From contig JBFMEB010000010.1 of the NCBI GenBank assembly GCA_040753675.1, positions 1 through 60,379 of the forward strand: a stretch of DNA of 60,379 bases. The letters are read 5' to 3'. Numbering within the stretch: position 1 is the stretch's first letter; the number at the start of each line of letters is the position of its first letter. The notes beneath the pieces are model-generated. The model was not told the origin of the DNA and did no database searches. It saw nothing but the letters and a program-made list of their open reading frames with translations. This DNA comes from Candidatus Omnitrophota bacterium (GTDB lineage Bacteria; Omnitrophota; Gorgyraeia; JAHJTE01). The position numbers were made by a program, and so were the translations under genes. Of this stretch, positions 48,257 through 58,506 are shown in pieces.

Positions 48257-49810
48257 ATGCAGAATCTCGTCGAATTATTAAAAGAATCCTGCTTGAAATA
48301 TCCACGTCGCCGCGCAATCATCTATAAGAATAAATCTATTTCTTATAGAAGTTTGGTCGAAAGAATAGTGCACTTGAGCCAGAGGTTATCCAGATTAGGC
48401 ATAAAAAGAGGCGATTTGGTCGGGATATTAATGGCAAATTCAGCTGACTTTGTGATTAGTTATTTTGCCATACTTAATTTAGAAGCAGTGGTGATTCCTT
48501 TAAATAATTTTTTAAAACCAGAAGAGTTACAGATTATTTTGGAAGACTCTGCTTTACGTTTTATTTTTACTGATAGCACTTTTGCTAAGACTATTGAATA
48601 TTTAAAAAAAGCGACTAATGCACTGGTGGATTGTTTATTTATTGATAGGGATTTAGGCAGAGAATTCAAATTCTTTAGAAAGCCGCTAAAAAATTTCGGG
48701 CTCGATGAATTAAAAAGCAACACAACAGAGAAAGATTTAGCAGTTATTCTTTATACCTCAGGAACTACTGGCCAGCCTAAAGGCGCGATGCTCTCTCACG
48801 GCAATCTTCTTTTTGATGTCTTGACTTGCGTAAAGGCGATTGAAGTAGCTAAAAACGATAATTTTATTTGTATGCTGCCACTGTTTCATTCTTTTCCTTC
48901 TACGGTATGTGTGCTATTACCCTTTGCCGTCGGAGCAACAACTACCATCGTAGAGGGGGTTAGGCCTTTTTCAAAAGTGCTTAAGGCCATTTTGCGCCAC
49001 AGGGTAACTGTATTTGTTTCGATACCGGCAATCTACAATGTGTTGGTTAATGTGCATTTTCCACGGTTTATCTTTTTTCCCTTGATGAGAAAGATATTTA
49101 TTCCTTTACGGTTGGCTATCTCAGGGGCTGCGGCATTGCCACCAGAGACTTTAAAGAGATTCGAGGAAAAATTTGATGTACCTCTATTGGAAGGATATGG
49201 CCTGACTGAAACTTCCCCAGTAGTTTCATTGAATCCTTTAAAAGGCGCCAGGATTGCTGGTTCTGTTGGCCGGCCATTAGAAGGCATAGAGGTGCGCGTT
49301 GTTGACGAGAATGATAAAGATGTAGCGCAAGGAGTGGTTGGCGAGCTGTTAGTTAAAGGCGAGAACGTAACTCGTGGCTATTTTAATAAACCCAACGAAA
49401 CAAAAGAAGCCTTAAAAGAGGGCTGGCTTTACACGGGTGATTTAGCCAAGATAGATAAGGATGGTTTCATTTATATAATAGATAGAAAAAAGGATATGAT
49501 TAATGTTCGGGGTCTGAAGGTTTATCCCAGGGAAGTAGAAGAGGTCTTCTTTAAGCATCCAGCAATAAAAGAGGTTGCTGTGGTAGGCATCAAAGATGAG
49601 CATCATGGAGAGGTGCCTAAGGCATTTGTGGTGTTAAAAGAAGGCACGATTGCCTCTGAACATGAACTTCTGCACTTCTTAAGGACACATATTGCAGGTT
49701 ATAAGGTACCGCGTTGCATAGACTTTAGAGATTCTCTTCCAAAGACCGCCAGCGGCAAGATTTCCAAGCGTAGTTTAGATGTTAGAAACTGTCCCCTACC
49801 CACCAATTAA
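48257..49810 (+). CDS. long-chain-fatty-acid--CoA ligase / AMP-binding enzyme
   Basis: YTSGTTGQPKGA, GYGLTE and SGKISKR motifs. Confidence 0.8.
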   Translation: MQNLVELLKESCLKYPRRRAIIYKNKSISYRSLVERIVHLSQRLSRLGIKRGDLVGILMANSADFVISYFAILNLEAVVIPLNNFLKPEELQIILEDSALRFIFTDSTFAKTIEYLKKATNALVDCLFIDRDLGREFKFFRKPLKNFGLDELKSNTTEKDLAVILYTSGTTGQPKGAMLSHGNLLFDVLTCVKAIEVAKNDNFICMLPLFHSFPSTVCVLLPFAVGATTTIVEGVRPFSKVLKAILRHRVTVFVSIPAIYNVLVNVHFPRFIFFPLMRKIFIPLRLAISGAAALPPETLKRFEEKFDVPLLEGYGLTETSPVVSLNPLKGARIAGSVGRPLEGIEVRVVDENDKDVAQGVVGELLVKGENVTRGYFNKPNETKEALKEGWLYTGDLAKIDKDGFIYIIDRKKDMINVRGLKVYPREVEEVFFKHPAIKEVAVVGIKDEHHGEVPKAFVVLKEGTIASEHELLHFLRTHIAGYKVPRCIDFRDSLPKTASGKISKRSLDVRNCPLPTN

Positions 49811-49857
49811 TAGCAAAACTCTCTCGCTCTTTTGATTTTTTCCATTAGACCTTTGCG

Positions 49858-49886
49858 TTGACAGAGGAGTTTTTCTACTATATAAT
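49858..49886 (+). promoter_or_regulatory. consensus sigma70 promoter TTGACA-17 nt-TATAAT directly upstream of lysS
   Basis: -35 at 49858-49863 and -10 at 49881-49886. The lysS ATG at 49896 is only 9 nt after the -10. Confidence 0.6.
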
Positions 49887-49895
49887 ATAGAGATT

Positions 49896-51362
49896 ATGAT
49901 TTCAGATAATAGCCAAAATATCGAAAGAAAAAATAAGATTAACCTATTAGAACAAAAGGGTTTATCTCCTTTTTTGTCTAGTTTTAAGCGTTCTGCTTCT
50001 ATTGCCGAATGCCTGGCTGATTTTACTGAAGGCAAAAAGGTTAGCTTAGCCGGAAGAGTTATGGCTAAGCGCCTGCATGGTAAAGCTAATTTTATTGATA
50101 TCAAAGACGGCAGCGCTAAGATACAGTTTTATATAAGAGAAGACCAAATGGATGAGGAAAGTTTTTGGCTTTTTTCTCAAATTATAGACATAGGTGATTT
50201 CGTCGGTGCAACCGGTGAGTTGTTTAAGACGAGAACCGGGGAGCCGACAATTAAAGTCACAAGTTTAAAGCTTCTATCGAAGTCTTTAAATGTCTTACCG
50301 GAAAAATGGCACGGATTAAAAGACGTGGAAATTAGATATCGGCAGAGATATCTGGATTTAATCTCTAACGACGAGGTCAAAAAGATTTTTATAATGCGTT
50401 CTAAGATAATTATAAAGATAAGAGAGTTTTTTGATTCGCGCGGATTTATTGAGGTGGAAACACCGATGATGCAGCCGATTCCAGGTGGGGCAGTAGGTAA
50501 GCCATTTAAGACGCACCATAATGCCTTGAATTTAGATCTATATCTAAGAATCGCACCAGAATTATATCTAAAGCGCCTTATTGTAGGAGGCTTAGATAAG
50601 GTTTATGAAATTAATAAAAATTTCCGTAATGAAGGTATTTCTACCAGGCATTCTCCGGAATTTACCATGCTTGAGACTTATACTGCGTATGCTGACTATA
50701 ATGATATGATGAATATCTGCGAGGAACTATTGATTTTTTTAGCCCAAAATATCCTAGGTAAAATGGAAATTTCCTATCAAGGCCGTACTATGGATTTGAG
50801 ACGGCCCTGGAAGAGGGTTTCTTTTGCAAAGCTTCTTAAAGATAATTATGATATTAATCCAGAAGATTCTACTGAGGAGTTTATTAATAAATTAAAAAAG
50901 AAAGGCAAAGCCCTGCCTGTTTTAGACAGGATAAAAGGCACTTTGAGCCGCTCTCAAATTCTAAATATAATTACCGAGCTTTTCGAGCCAGAGTCGCTAA
51001 ATATGCCGGTTTTTCTCGTTGATTGGTTTGCAGAGACCTGCCCCCTGGCGAAAAGGAGAAAAGACAATCCCTTTTTAGCAGAGCGGTTTGAACTTTTCCT
51101 TGGTGGCTTAGAAATCGGCAATGCTTATTCAGAGCTTAATGATCCGATTGAGCAAAGAAAGCGTTTCGAGGAAGAATTAAACGAGCTCGCACCTGATGAG
51201 ATGCATAGATTAGATGATGATTATATAAAGACCTTAGAATATGGTATGCCACCCACAGGCGGTTTGGGCATTGGAATAGACCGGCTTGTTATGCTTTTTA
51301 CAGATGTTGCTTCAATTAGAGAAGTTATACTTTTTCCCTTATTAAAGCCGCAGGAAGATTAA
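49896..51362 (+). CDS. lysS: lysyl-tRNA synthetase, class II
   Basis: OB anticodon-binding domain, FRNEGIS motif 2 region, GGLGIGIDRLVML motif 3. Confidence 0.95.
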   Translation: MISDNSQNIERKNKINLLEQKGLSPFLSSFKRSASIAECLADFTEGKKVSLAGRVMAKRLHGKANFIDIKDGSAKIQFYIREDQMDEESFWLFSQIIDIGDFVGATGELFKTRTGEPTIKVTSLKLLSKSLNVLPEKWHGLKDVEIRYRQRYLDLISNDEVKKIFIMRSKIIIKIREFFDSRGFIEVETPMMQPIPGGAVGKPFKTHHNALNLDLYLRIAPELYLKRLIVGGLDKVYEINKNFRNEGISTRHSPEFTMLETYTAYADYNDMMNICEELLIFLAQNILGKMEISYQGRTMDLRRPWKRVSFAKLLKDNYDINPEDSTEEFINKLKKKGKALPVLDRIKGTLSRSQILNIITELFEPESLNMPVFLVDWFAETCPLAKRRKDNPFLAERFELFLGGLEIGNAYSELNDPIEQRKRFEEELNELAPDEMHRLDDDYIKTLEYGMPPTGGLGIGIDRLVMLFTDVASIREVILFPLLKPQED

Positions 51363-51364
51363 AA

Positions 51365-52539
51365 ATGAGGACTTATTTTTGGATTGCTTTAAGATATCTT
51401 GTAAATTTTAAACGCGAGAAATTTATTTCGTTTATGAGTTTAATCTCCCTGTTAGGCGTGGCTATCGGAGTAATGACTCTCATTATTGTTTTAGGCGTTA
51501 TGTCGGGTTTTGACCGTGATTTAAAATCAAAAATATTGGGATTAAATTATGAACTTATAGTTGATAAACCCATAGGGATTGCTGATAACGATAAGATTTT
51601 CGCACAGTTTTCCAGTTTTCCTGAGGTTACTGCCTTTAGCCCGTTCGTAAGCGGCCAGGCGCTATTAATGAGCGATGAGCGTTTTATCGGTGTTCATATC
51701 CGGGGCATTGATTTAGCCCGGGAGATGAAGATAAATAGTATCAGTTCTTTTATTAAGGTTGGCTCAGGTTCCTTAAATCCTCAAGAGTTACTGGTAGGCG
51801 AAGAATTATTTAAACAGCTTGATTTGAAATTAGGCCAGCCAATTAATATCTTTTCACCCATAACCAATAAGCATTATCCGTTTAGGGTGGGAGGGATTTT
51901 TAAAAGCGGCTATTATGATTATGATTTGAATTTGGTGTTTAGTAACATAGAGGATGCTCAAAGCCTAATGTTCATGGAGGGCTTCTATTCTGGTGTGGGG
52001 CTAAAGATGCTTTTAATGTGTCTAGTTTAAAAGAAAAACTTTATAGATTGCTTGATAGCGGCTATCAAGTGCGCACCTGGACAGAATTAAATCGGACATT
52101 TTTTGCCGCTTTAAAATTAGAAAAGATTGCCATGTTTATAATTCTTACTCTGATTGTCTTGGTGGCGGCATTCAATATAATTTCTACCTTAAGCGTTTTA
52201 GTAACAGACAAGACAAAGGATATTGGTATTTTAAAATCAATTGGGTTAAGTTCAAAAGGCATAAATAGGATTTTCATGCTGGTGGGTTTGCTTATTGCAA
52301 GTTTCGGCATAATTCTCGGGGTAGGACTCGGTTTGGGTTTATCTTTTTTACTTAGAAAATATCAGTTTATCAGACTACCTCAAGACATATATTATATCCA
52401 GTATCTGCCGGTTTTTATAAGATGGCTTGATGTTGGCTTGATTATATTGGCAGCTTTTCTTATTTCTATTCTTTTTACTATTTATCCGGCGAGAAAGGCC
52501 GCTCTTCTTAACCCCGTGGAGGCATTGCGTTACGAATGA
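51365..52539 (+). pseudogene. lipoprotein-release permease LolC/E (FtsX family) split by an apparent 1-nt frameshift
   Basis: ORF 51365-52030 encodes the N-terminal TM1 plus periplasmic domain. ORF 52018-52539 encodes the FtsX TM2-4 part. The reading frames join as ..GVGLK DAFNVSSLKEK.. only if one base is added in ctaaag near 52003-52006. Confidence 0.7.
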
Positions 52540-53273
52540 TTCTTAGCAAAAATCTGATAAGTGCTAAATCAATAATTAAAACATTTACTCAGGGAGCTAA
52601 ATTAGTCCCGGTGTTACGCGGTATTGATATTGAAGTATCCAAGGGAGAGTTCGTAGTTATTTCCGGGCCGTCAGGTGCAGGAAAGTCTACTCTTTTGCAT
52701 ATTTTAGGTGCATTAGATTGCCCTACAAGCGGTAAGGTGATTATTGACGGCGAGGATATTTATTCTTCGTCTGATGAGGCAAGGGCAAGGCTGCGTAATA
52801 AAAAAATCGGTTTTGTGTTTCAGTTCTATCATTTATTAGGAGAATTTTCCTGTTTGGAAAATGTATATCTGCCTAAACTTATTGCACAGAATTTATATGG
52901 CAAAGGAGAATCTAATCTTTACCCAGGGCAGGATATTCGCAAAAACGCCTTGGAGATATTATCTTTACTCGATTTGAAAAATCGCGCTGATTTTCCTCCA
53001 GCTAAATTGTCTGGCGGTGAGAAACAGCGAGTAGCGATTGCCCGGGCGCTTATTAACGAGCCGGATATCATTTTTTGCGATGAGCCGACAGGTAATCTTG
53101 ATTCTCAAAGCGGCGAGGAAATCCGCTCTATACTGATGCGCCTTAATCGTGAGAAAGGCAGGACAATAATAGTGGTAACCCATCAGAGAGATTTATTTAG
53201 TGATTGCGGCCGCCTGATTAATATCCGAGACGGCCTGATTAGCGAGGAGTTTGTATTGCAGGAAGTGAAATGA
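52536..53273 (+). CDS. lolD: lipoprotein-releasing ABC transporter ATP-binding protein
   Basis: [33 protein letters not shown] and CDEPTGNLD motifs. Confidence 0.85.
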   Translation: MILSKNLISAKSIIKTFTQGAKLVPVLRGIDIEVSKGEFVVISGPSGAGKSTLLHILGALDCPTSGKVIIDGEDIYSSSDEARARLRNKKIGFVFQFYHLLGEFSCLENVYLPKLIAQNLYGKGESNLYPGQDIRKNALEILSLLDLKNRADFPPAKLSGGEKQRVAIARALINEPDIIFCDEPTGNLDSQSGEEIRSILMRLNREKGRTIIVVTHQRDLFSDCGRLINIRDGLISEEFVLQEVK

Positions 53274-53303
53274 TTTTTTTAAAAACACATTCGGAGGTAA
53301 TTT

Positions 53304-54173
53304 ATGAAGGTTTATTTAAACGGTAAGCTTGTTGATAAAGAAGAAGCAGTTATTTCTTGTTTTGACCATGGCCTTTTATACGGGGACGGGGCATTTGAGG
53401 GTATCCGTTCTTATCAGGGATTGATTTTTAAATTAGACGAGCATATTGATAGATTATTTGAAACAGCTCATACCTTGCTGTTAAGAATTCCTCTCTCTAA
53501 ACAGGAATTAAAAAATGCGATTATAAAGACTCTGAAGGCAAACAATCTAAAGGATGCCTATATCCGCGTGGTGGTTACCCGCGGGATAGGAGATTTGGGC
53601 TTAGATCCGCGTAAATGCGCAGGGAAAGAGACAGTCTTTATTATTACCGATAAAATTGCCCTTTATCCAAAACATATTTACGAAAAAGGAATGGAGATTA
53701 TCACAGTTCCTACTATCAGGAATCTACCTGAGGCATTAAACCCTCAGTTAAAGTCTTTAAATTATTTAAACAACATTTTGGCTAAAATCGAAGCGATAAA
53801 TGCCGGCTTTGATGAAGCAATAATGCTGGATAGCCTGGGCTATGTGGTAGAATGTACCGGAGACAACATTTTTATCGTAAAGAAGAATGAACTTTTTACT
53901 CCGCCGCAATGCATGGGGACTTTGCGCGGTATTACGCGCGATTCTGTGTTGGGAATTGCTAAGAAAATAAAAATTCCAGCACATGAACATGTTATTACCC
54001 GTCATGAAGTTTATATCAGCGATGAATGTTTCTTAACCGGGACTGCTGCAGAGATTGTTCCTGTGGTCAAGGTAGATGGGAGAGTTATAGGTGACGGTAA
54101 ACCCGGCAAGATAACCGCTTTAATCAGTAAAGAATTTAAAAAACTAACAAAGACTGAAGGAGTCAAATATTAA
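53304..54173 (+). CDS. ilvE: branched-chain amino acid aminotransferase (class IV)
   Basis: GLLYGDGAFEGIR, LKSLNYLNNILA and ECTGDNIF motifs. Confidence 0.85.
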   Translation: MKVYLNGKLVDKEEAVISCFDHGLLYGDGAFEGIRSYQGLIFKLDEHIDRLFETAHTLLLRIPLSKQELKNAIIKTLKANNLKDAYIRVVVTRGIGDLGLDPRKCAGKETVFIITDKIALYPKHIYEKGMEIITVPTIRNLPEALNPQLKSLNYLNNILAKIEAINAGFDEAIMLDSLGYVVECTGDNIFIVKKNELFTPPQCMGTLRGITRDSVLGIAKKIKIPAHEHVITRHEVYISDECFLTGTAAEIVPVVKVDGRVIGDGKPGKITALISKEFKKLTKTEGVKY

Positions 54174-54280
54174 ATTTAAAAATCAAAATGCAAAAATCAA
54201 AATTATAAATTAAAATTAAAAATTTTGCATTTTTATATGTCATTTTGACATTTAATTTTTGATATTTAATTTTCAATATT
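54174..54280. repeat. AAAATCAAA-word palindromic element, copy 2
   Basis: aaaaatcaaaatgcaaaaatcaaaatt .. aattttgcatttttatatgtcattttgacatttaatttttgatatttaatttt. Same family as 16822-16920. Confidence 0.75.
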
Positions 54281-54295
54281 AAGAAGAGGACGATT

Positions 54296-54829
54296 ATGTT
54301 ATGCGATATCTGCGCTAAGAATGAAGCGACCGTACATCTGACGGAAATTATAAATGAGCAGATAACCGAGTTGCATCTTTGCGAAGAATGCGCTCAAACA
54401 AAGAGTATGCAGATGGAGCAGCAATTCGGGCTATCTGACCTTTTGGCAGGTTTGGCTGATTTTGAAACACAGGTTGAACCCCAACAGGATAAGATTGATA
54501 TTGAATGTCAGAATTGTCATCTAACTTATAAGGATTTTAGAAAAATCGGCAGGCTGGGTTGCAGCGAATGTTATAAATATTTTCGCAAATACTTAACTTC
54601 TTTGCTTAAACGAATCCACGGCTCTAGCCAGCACATCGGCAAGGTGCCGCTTAAGGCTTCTTCTGTTACTAAACAGAAGAAAAGGCCAGCCAGCTTAGCT
54701 GAGTTAAAGGAGAGGCTTCAGAAGGCAATTGCTGCAGAAGAATTTGAAGAGGCTGCTGCATTACGAGACCAGATTAGGGTGTTAGAAAAAATGCAGAAAG
54801 GGACGAATTCTAACAAAGGTGGATTATGA
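54296..54829 (+). CDS. mcsA: McsA-like activator of protein-arginine kinase (zinc fingers plus UVR motif)
   Basis: CDIC..CEEC and CQNC..CSEC zinc motifs; UVR-like FEEAAALRDQIRVLE. Confidence 0.8.
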   Translation: MLCDICAKNEATVHLTEIINEQITELHLCEECAQTKSMQMEQQFGLSDLLAGLADFETQVEPQQDKIDIECQNCHLTYKDFRKIGRLGCSECYKYFRKYLTSLLKRIHGSSQHIGKVPLKASSVTKQKKRPASLAELKERLQKAIAAEEFEEAAALRDQIRVLEKMQKGTNSNKGGL

Positions 54830-55878
54830 ATTTAAATGATTTTTTAACTCATCCCAGCGAGTGGCTTAAGGGAACAGGGCCTTTATCAGATATTGTTATC
54901 TCTTCGAGAATACGTTTAGCCAGGAATATTGAAAAGCTTCCTTTTCCTAATTGGGCAAGCAAAGAACAAGAAGAGGAAATCCTTTCACTTATCTTAGAGG
55001 CAGTAGAGCATTTAAGCCAATTTAAAGATGCCTTAATCTTGAAACTGGCAAATCTGGATAATGTTGATAAGCAGTTTCTGGTGGAGAGGCATTTAATGAG
55101 CCATGAATTTGCTCTACGCTCTGAAAATAAGGCGTTGGTAGTTACTGCGGACGAAGTCATATCGTTGATGATTAATGAGGAAGACCATATCAGATTACAA
55201 GTTATGCAGTCGGGATTTAACTTGGAAGGCGCCTGGAAAATTAGCAACGAAATAGATTCTGGCCTTTCCGAGAGATTAAACATTGCTTTTTTAACTGATT
55301 TGGGTTTTGTAACTGCTTGTCCCACCAATACTGGCACAGGAATGCGCGGTTCGGTCATGTTACATCTGCCTGCGTTAGTGACGACCAAGCAGATTAATAG
55401 AATATTGCAGGCAGTGGCAAAATTAAGTTTTAACGTGCGGGGTTTATACGGCGAAGGTACTCAGGCAAGTGGTAATTTCTTTCAGGTTTCCAATCAAGTT
55501 TCTCTAGGCCATACTGAAGAAGAAATTATTGAAAACCTTAAGAGCGTTATCCGTCAAATTGCAGATAAGGAACAGGCAGCGCGGCAGAATCTTCTGACTG
55601 GCCATCAACAGGTTCTTAAAGACAGGATATTTCGCGCCTTTGGAATATTAGAGAATGCTCATATAATTTCGAGTAACGAAACAATAGAGCTTTTATCAAT
55701 GGTAAGGCTCGGCCTGGATGTGGGCCTCTTAAAAGATATTGATAAAAACTTGGTTAATGAATTATTCATATTAACTCAACCAGCGCATCTACAAAAAATT
55801 AGCGGCAAAAAATTAACCCCGGCAGAGAGAGATAGCAAACGAGCATCTTTAGTGAGAGAGAAGTTACTTAATAAATAG
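54826..55878 (+). CDS. mcsB: protein-arginine kinase (ATP:guanido phosphotransferase)
   Basis: SSRIRLARN, NEEDHIR and CPTNTGTGMRGSVMLHLP motifs. Confidence 0.85.
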   Translation: MNLNDFLTHPSEWLKGTGPLSDIVISSRIRLARNIEKLPFPNWASKEQEEEILSLILEAVEHLSQFKDALILKLANLDNVDKQFLVERHLMSHEFALRSENKALVVTADEVISLMINEEDHIRLQVMQSGFNLEGAWKISNEIDSGLSERLNIAFLTDLGFVTACPTNTGTGMRGSVMLHLPALVTTKQINRILQAVAKLSFNVRGLYGEGTQASGNFFQVSNQVSLGHTEEEIIENLKSVIRQIADKEQAARQNLLTGHQQVLKDRIFRAFGILENAHIISSNETIELLSMVRLGLDVGLLKDIDKNLVNELFILTQPAHLQKISGKKLTPAERDSKRASLVREKLLNK

Positions 55879-55900
55879 GATGAAATAGAATTAGCTCTTT

Positions 55901-56037
55901 GAAATTCCAAATTACAAGCTCCAAATCACAAACAATACCTAATTACCAAAATTCCAATGATACAAACACGTTTTGGTCATTTGGTAATTGAAAATTGGAA
56001 TTTGTTTGGGATTTGGGATTTGTGTATTGGAATTTGG
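55901..56037. repeat. CCAAAT-word inverted-repeat element, copy 1 (MITE-like)
   Basis: Left arm ttccaaattacaagctccaaatcacaaacaata. Right arm gttttggtcatttggtaattgaaaattggaatttgtttgggatttgggatttgtgtattggaatttgg. Both arms are near-identical to those of 60170-60333. Confidence 0.8.
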
Positions 56038-56062
56038 CAAAGGCGAAGAATAGTTTTATAAC
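56034..56062 (+). promoter_or_regulatory. possible clpC promoter, TTGGCA-17 nt-TATAAC
   Basis: The -35 at 56034-56039 is formed by the right end of the repeat. -10 at 56057-56062. Confidence 0.35.
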
Positions 56063-56091
56063 AATCAGAATAAAGATATTTCGGAGGTAAT

Positions 56092-58506
56092 ATGTTTAAT
56101 CGTTTTACAGAGCGGGCAAGGAAAGTCATAATCTTGTCCAAAGAAGAAGCCAGGCGTTTTAATCATGATTATATCGGAACCGAGCATATCTTATTAGGCC
56201 TTATCCGCGAAGGCGAAGGTGTGGCAGCTGCGGTTCTGCAAAAATTAGGCCTTAGCTTAGAAACTATTCGAATTGAAGTAGAAAAATTAGTCCAACCTGG
56301 GCCAACGACTCAAATATTGGGCGACATTCCTTTTACTCCCAGAGCAAAAAAGGTTTTAGAATTAGCTGCAGAAGAGGCGCGCGCCTTAGGTCATAACTAT
56401 ATCGGAACCGAGCACATGCTTCTAGGCCTTATCCGCGAAGGCGAAGGTGTGGCAAGCCAGGTACTCTTAAATTTAGGACTGGATTTAAATCGGGTAAGAA
56501 ATGAAATCATGGGCATATTAGGTTCATCTGTTCCTGGATTTGACCAGCCGCACGGCAAAGGGAAAACTCCTGCCTTGGATGCTTTTGGCCGTGACTTAAC
56601 TGCTTTGGCTCAGGAAAATAAGCTTGATCCGGTAATAGACAGAAAAGACGAAATCGAACGGGTAATTCAAATCTTAAGCCGGCGCACTAAAAATAATCCG
56701 GTTTTATTAGGCGAAGCCGGAGTAGGTAAGACAGCGATTGTAGAAGGCCTGGCTCAGCTGATTGTTGCTGGCAATGTGCCTGAGGTTTTGCGTAATAAGC
56801 GTATCGTAATTATGGACTTAGCGCTTATGGTTGCCGGAACAAAATACCGCGGCCAATTCGAAGAGCGCATTAAAGCGGTTATGGATGAGATTAAACGTTC
56901 CCACGATGTAATCATATTTATCGACGAGCTTCATACGCTTGTCGGCGCCGGCGCTGCCGAGGGAGCTATTGATGCCTCTAATATATTGAAACCGTCATTA
57001 TCTCGCGGGGAGATACAATGCATTGGCGCAACCACCATGGATGAATACAGAAAATATATTGAAAAGGACGCAGCTTTGGAGCGCAGATTCCAGACGATTA
57101 TTGTTGACCCGCCCAGCGTTGATGAGACTATAGAAATCTTAAAAGGCCTGCGCGATAAGTATGAGGCACATCACCGAGTAAAATTTACTGATGAGGCTTT
57201 GATAGCCGCAGCAAGACTTTCTGATAGATATATAAGCGGCAGGTTTCTTCCGGATAAGGCAATTGATTTAATTGATGAGGCAGGTTCCCGCAGCCGCCTG
57301 GCAATAATGACTTTGCCTCCTGAGGTAAAGGAATTAGAAGTAGAAATCGAAAATCTAAAAAAAGAAAAAGAGGCCTTGATAAAAAGCCAGGATTTTGAGC
57401 GCGCAGCAAAACTGCGTGACCAAGAAAGAGAAAAGCGCACAAAGTTAGAAGAGTTAAACAAACAATGGTCAGTCCAGAGAGACCAGATTAGGCCAGAAGT
57501 AACTGAGGATGGGATTGCAAAGATTGTATCCCAGATTACCAGAATTCCTATTGTGCGTTTAGAAGAAAAAGAGTCAGAGAAGTTGATAAAGATTCAAGAG
57601 GAACTTAAAAAACGCGTAGTTGGTCAGGAAGATGCTATTTCAATTATTTCCAGGGCAGTGCGCCGCTCGCGAGCAGGGATTAAAGACTTGCGCAGGCCAA
57701 TAGGTTCTTTTATATTCTTAGGCCCGACCGGAGTAGGTAAAACCTTACTGGCGAGGGCATTGGCCGAATATATGTTTGGCGACGAAGAGGCTTTGGTTCA
57801 GATTGATATGTCTGAGTATATGGAGAAATTTAATGTTTCTCGGCTAGTGGGCGCACCTCCTGGATATGTCGGATACGAGGAAGGCGGCCAGCTAACCGAA
57901 AAAGTGCGTCGCCGGCCTTATGCAGTTATCCTGCTTGATGAAATTGAGAAGGCGCATCCGGATGTTTTTAATATACTTTTGCAGGTCTTAGAAGACGGCC
58001 GTCTCACTGACAGCTTCGGCAGAAAAGTAAACTTTAGAAATACGATCTTGATTATGACTTCTAACGTGGGAGCTGAAATTTTGCGTAAGCAAGGTTCAAT
58101 CGGATTTCGTTCTCAGAAAGCAGAAACATCTTACGAGGATATGAAACAGAAACTCTTAGATGAAGTAAAAGCCACTTTTAAACCTGAATTCTTAAATCGG
58201 CTTGATGACATTGTTGTCTTTCGGCCTTTAGAAAAAGAAGCGTTATTAGAGATAGTAGATATCGAAGTCAATGAAGTAGCTAAGCGGGTAAAGGAACAGG
58301 GTATTGAGATTAGTTTAGATAAAAAGGCGAAGGAATTATTAGTAGAAAAAGGTTTTGACCCTGTTTATGGCGCAAGGCCTTTAAAAAGGACTATCCAGCG
58401 CTATTTGGAAGATTCTCTGGCAGAAGAAATGATTTCCGGCAAATTTAAATCCGGAGCAAAAATAAAAGTATCCAGAGACAAGGACAAGTTAATCTTTACT
58501 TCCTAA
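56092..58506 (+). CDS. clpC: ATP-dependent Clp protease ATP-binding subunit ClpC
   Basis: Duplicated Clp_N repeats, two AAA+ modules ([17 protein letters not shown]), and a middle-domain UVR motif [10 protein letters not shown]. Confidence 0.9.
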   Translation: MFNRFTERARKVIILSKEEARRFNHDYIGTEHILLGLIREGEGVAAAVLQKLGLSLETIRIEVEKLVQPGPTTQILGDIPFTPRAKKVLELAAEEARALGHNYIGTEHMLLGLIREGEGVASQVLLNLGLDLNRVRNEIMGILGSSVPGFDQPHGKGKTPALDAFGRDLTALAQENKLDPVIDRKDEIERVIQILSRRTKNNPVLLGEAGVGKTAIVEGLAQLIVAGNVPEVLRNKRIVIMDLALMVAGTKYRGQFEERIKAVMDEIKRSHDVIIFIDELHTLVGAGAAEGAIDASNILKPSLSRGEIQCIGATTMDEYRKYIEKDAALERRFQTIIVDPPSVDETIEILKGLRDKYEAHHRVKFTDEALIAAARLSDRYISGRFLPDKAIDLIDEAGSRSRLAIMTLPPEVKELEVEIENLKKEKEALIKSQDFERAAKLRDQEREKRTKLEELNKQWSVQRDQIRPEVTEDGIAKIVSQITRIPIVRLEEKESEKLIKIQEELKKRVVGQEDAISIISRAVRRSRAGIKDLRRPIGSFIFLGPTGVGKTLLARALAEYMFGDEEALVQIDMSEYMEKFNVSRLVGAPPGYVGYEEGGQLTEKVRRRPYAVILLDEIEKAHPDVFNILLQVLEDGRLTDSFGRKVNFRNTILIMTSNVGAEILRKQGSIGFRSQKAETSYEDMKQKLLDEVKATFKPEFLNRLDDIVVFRPLEKEALLEIVDIEVNEVAKRVKEQGIEISLDKKAKELLVEKGFDPVYGARPLKRTIQRYLEDSLAEEMISGKFKSGAKIKVSRDKDKLIFTS

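Noticed and set aside
51998-52010. Programmed -1 ribosomal frameshift in lolC/E
   Set aside because: There is no X-XXY-YYZ slippery heptamer and no downstream stimulatory structure. A one-base change in an A-run is the simpler explanation. It is kept as a finding only as a frameshift to verify.
54225-54265. Possible CtsR operator upstream of mcsA
   Set aside because: The CtsR box is a tandem heptad, (A/G)GTCAAA-NAN-(A/G)GTCAAA. Only a single GTCAAAA-like half-site (the reverse complement of tttgac) is present. The same sequence occurs in the leuA-upstream copy of the repeat, and there is no ctsR gene.
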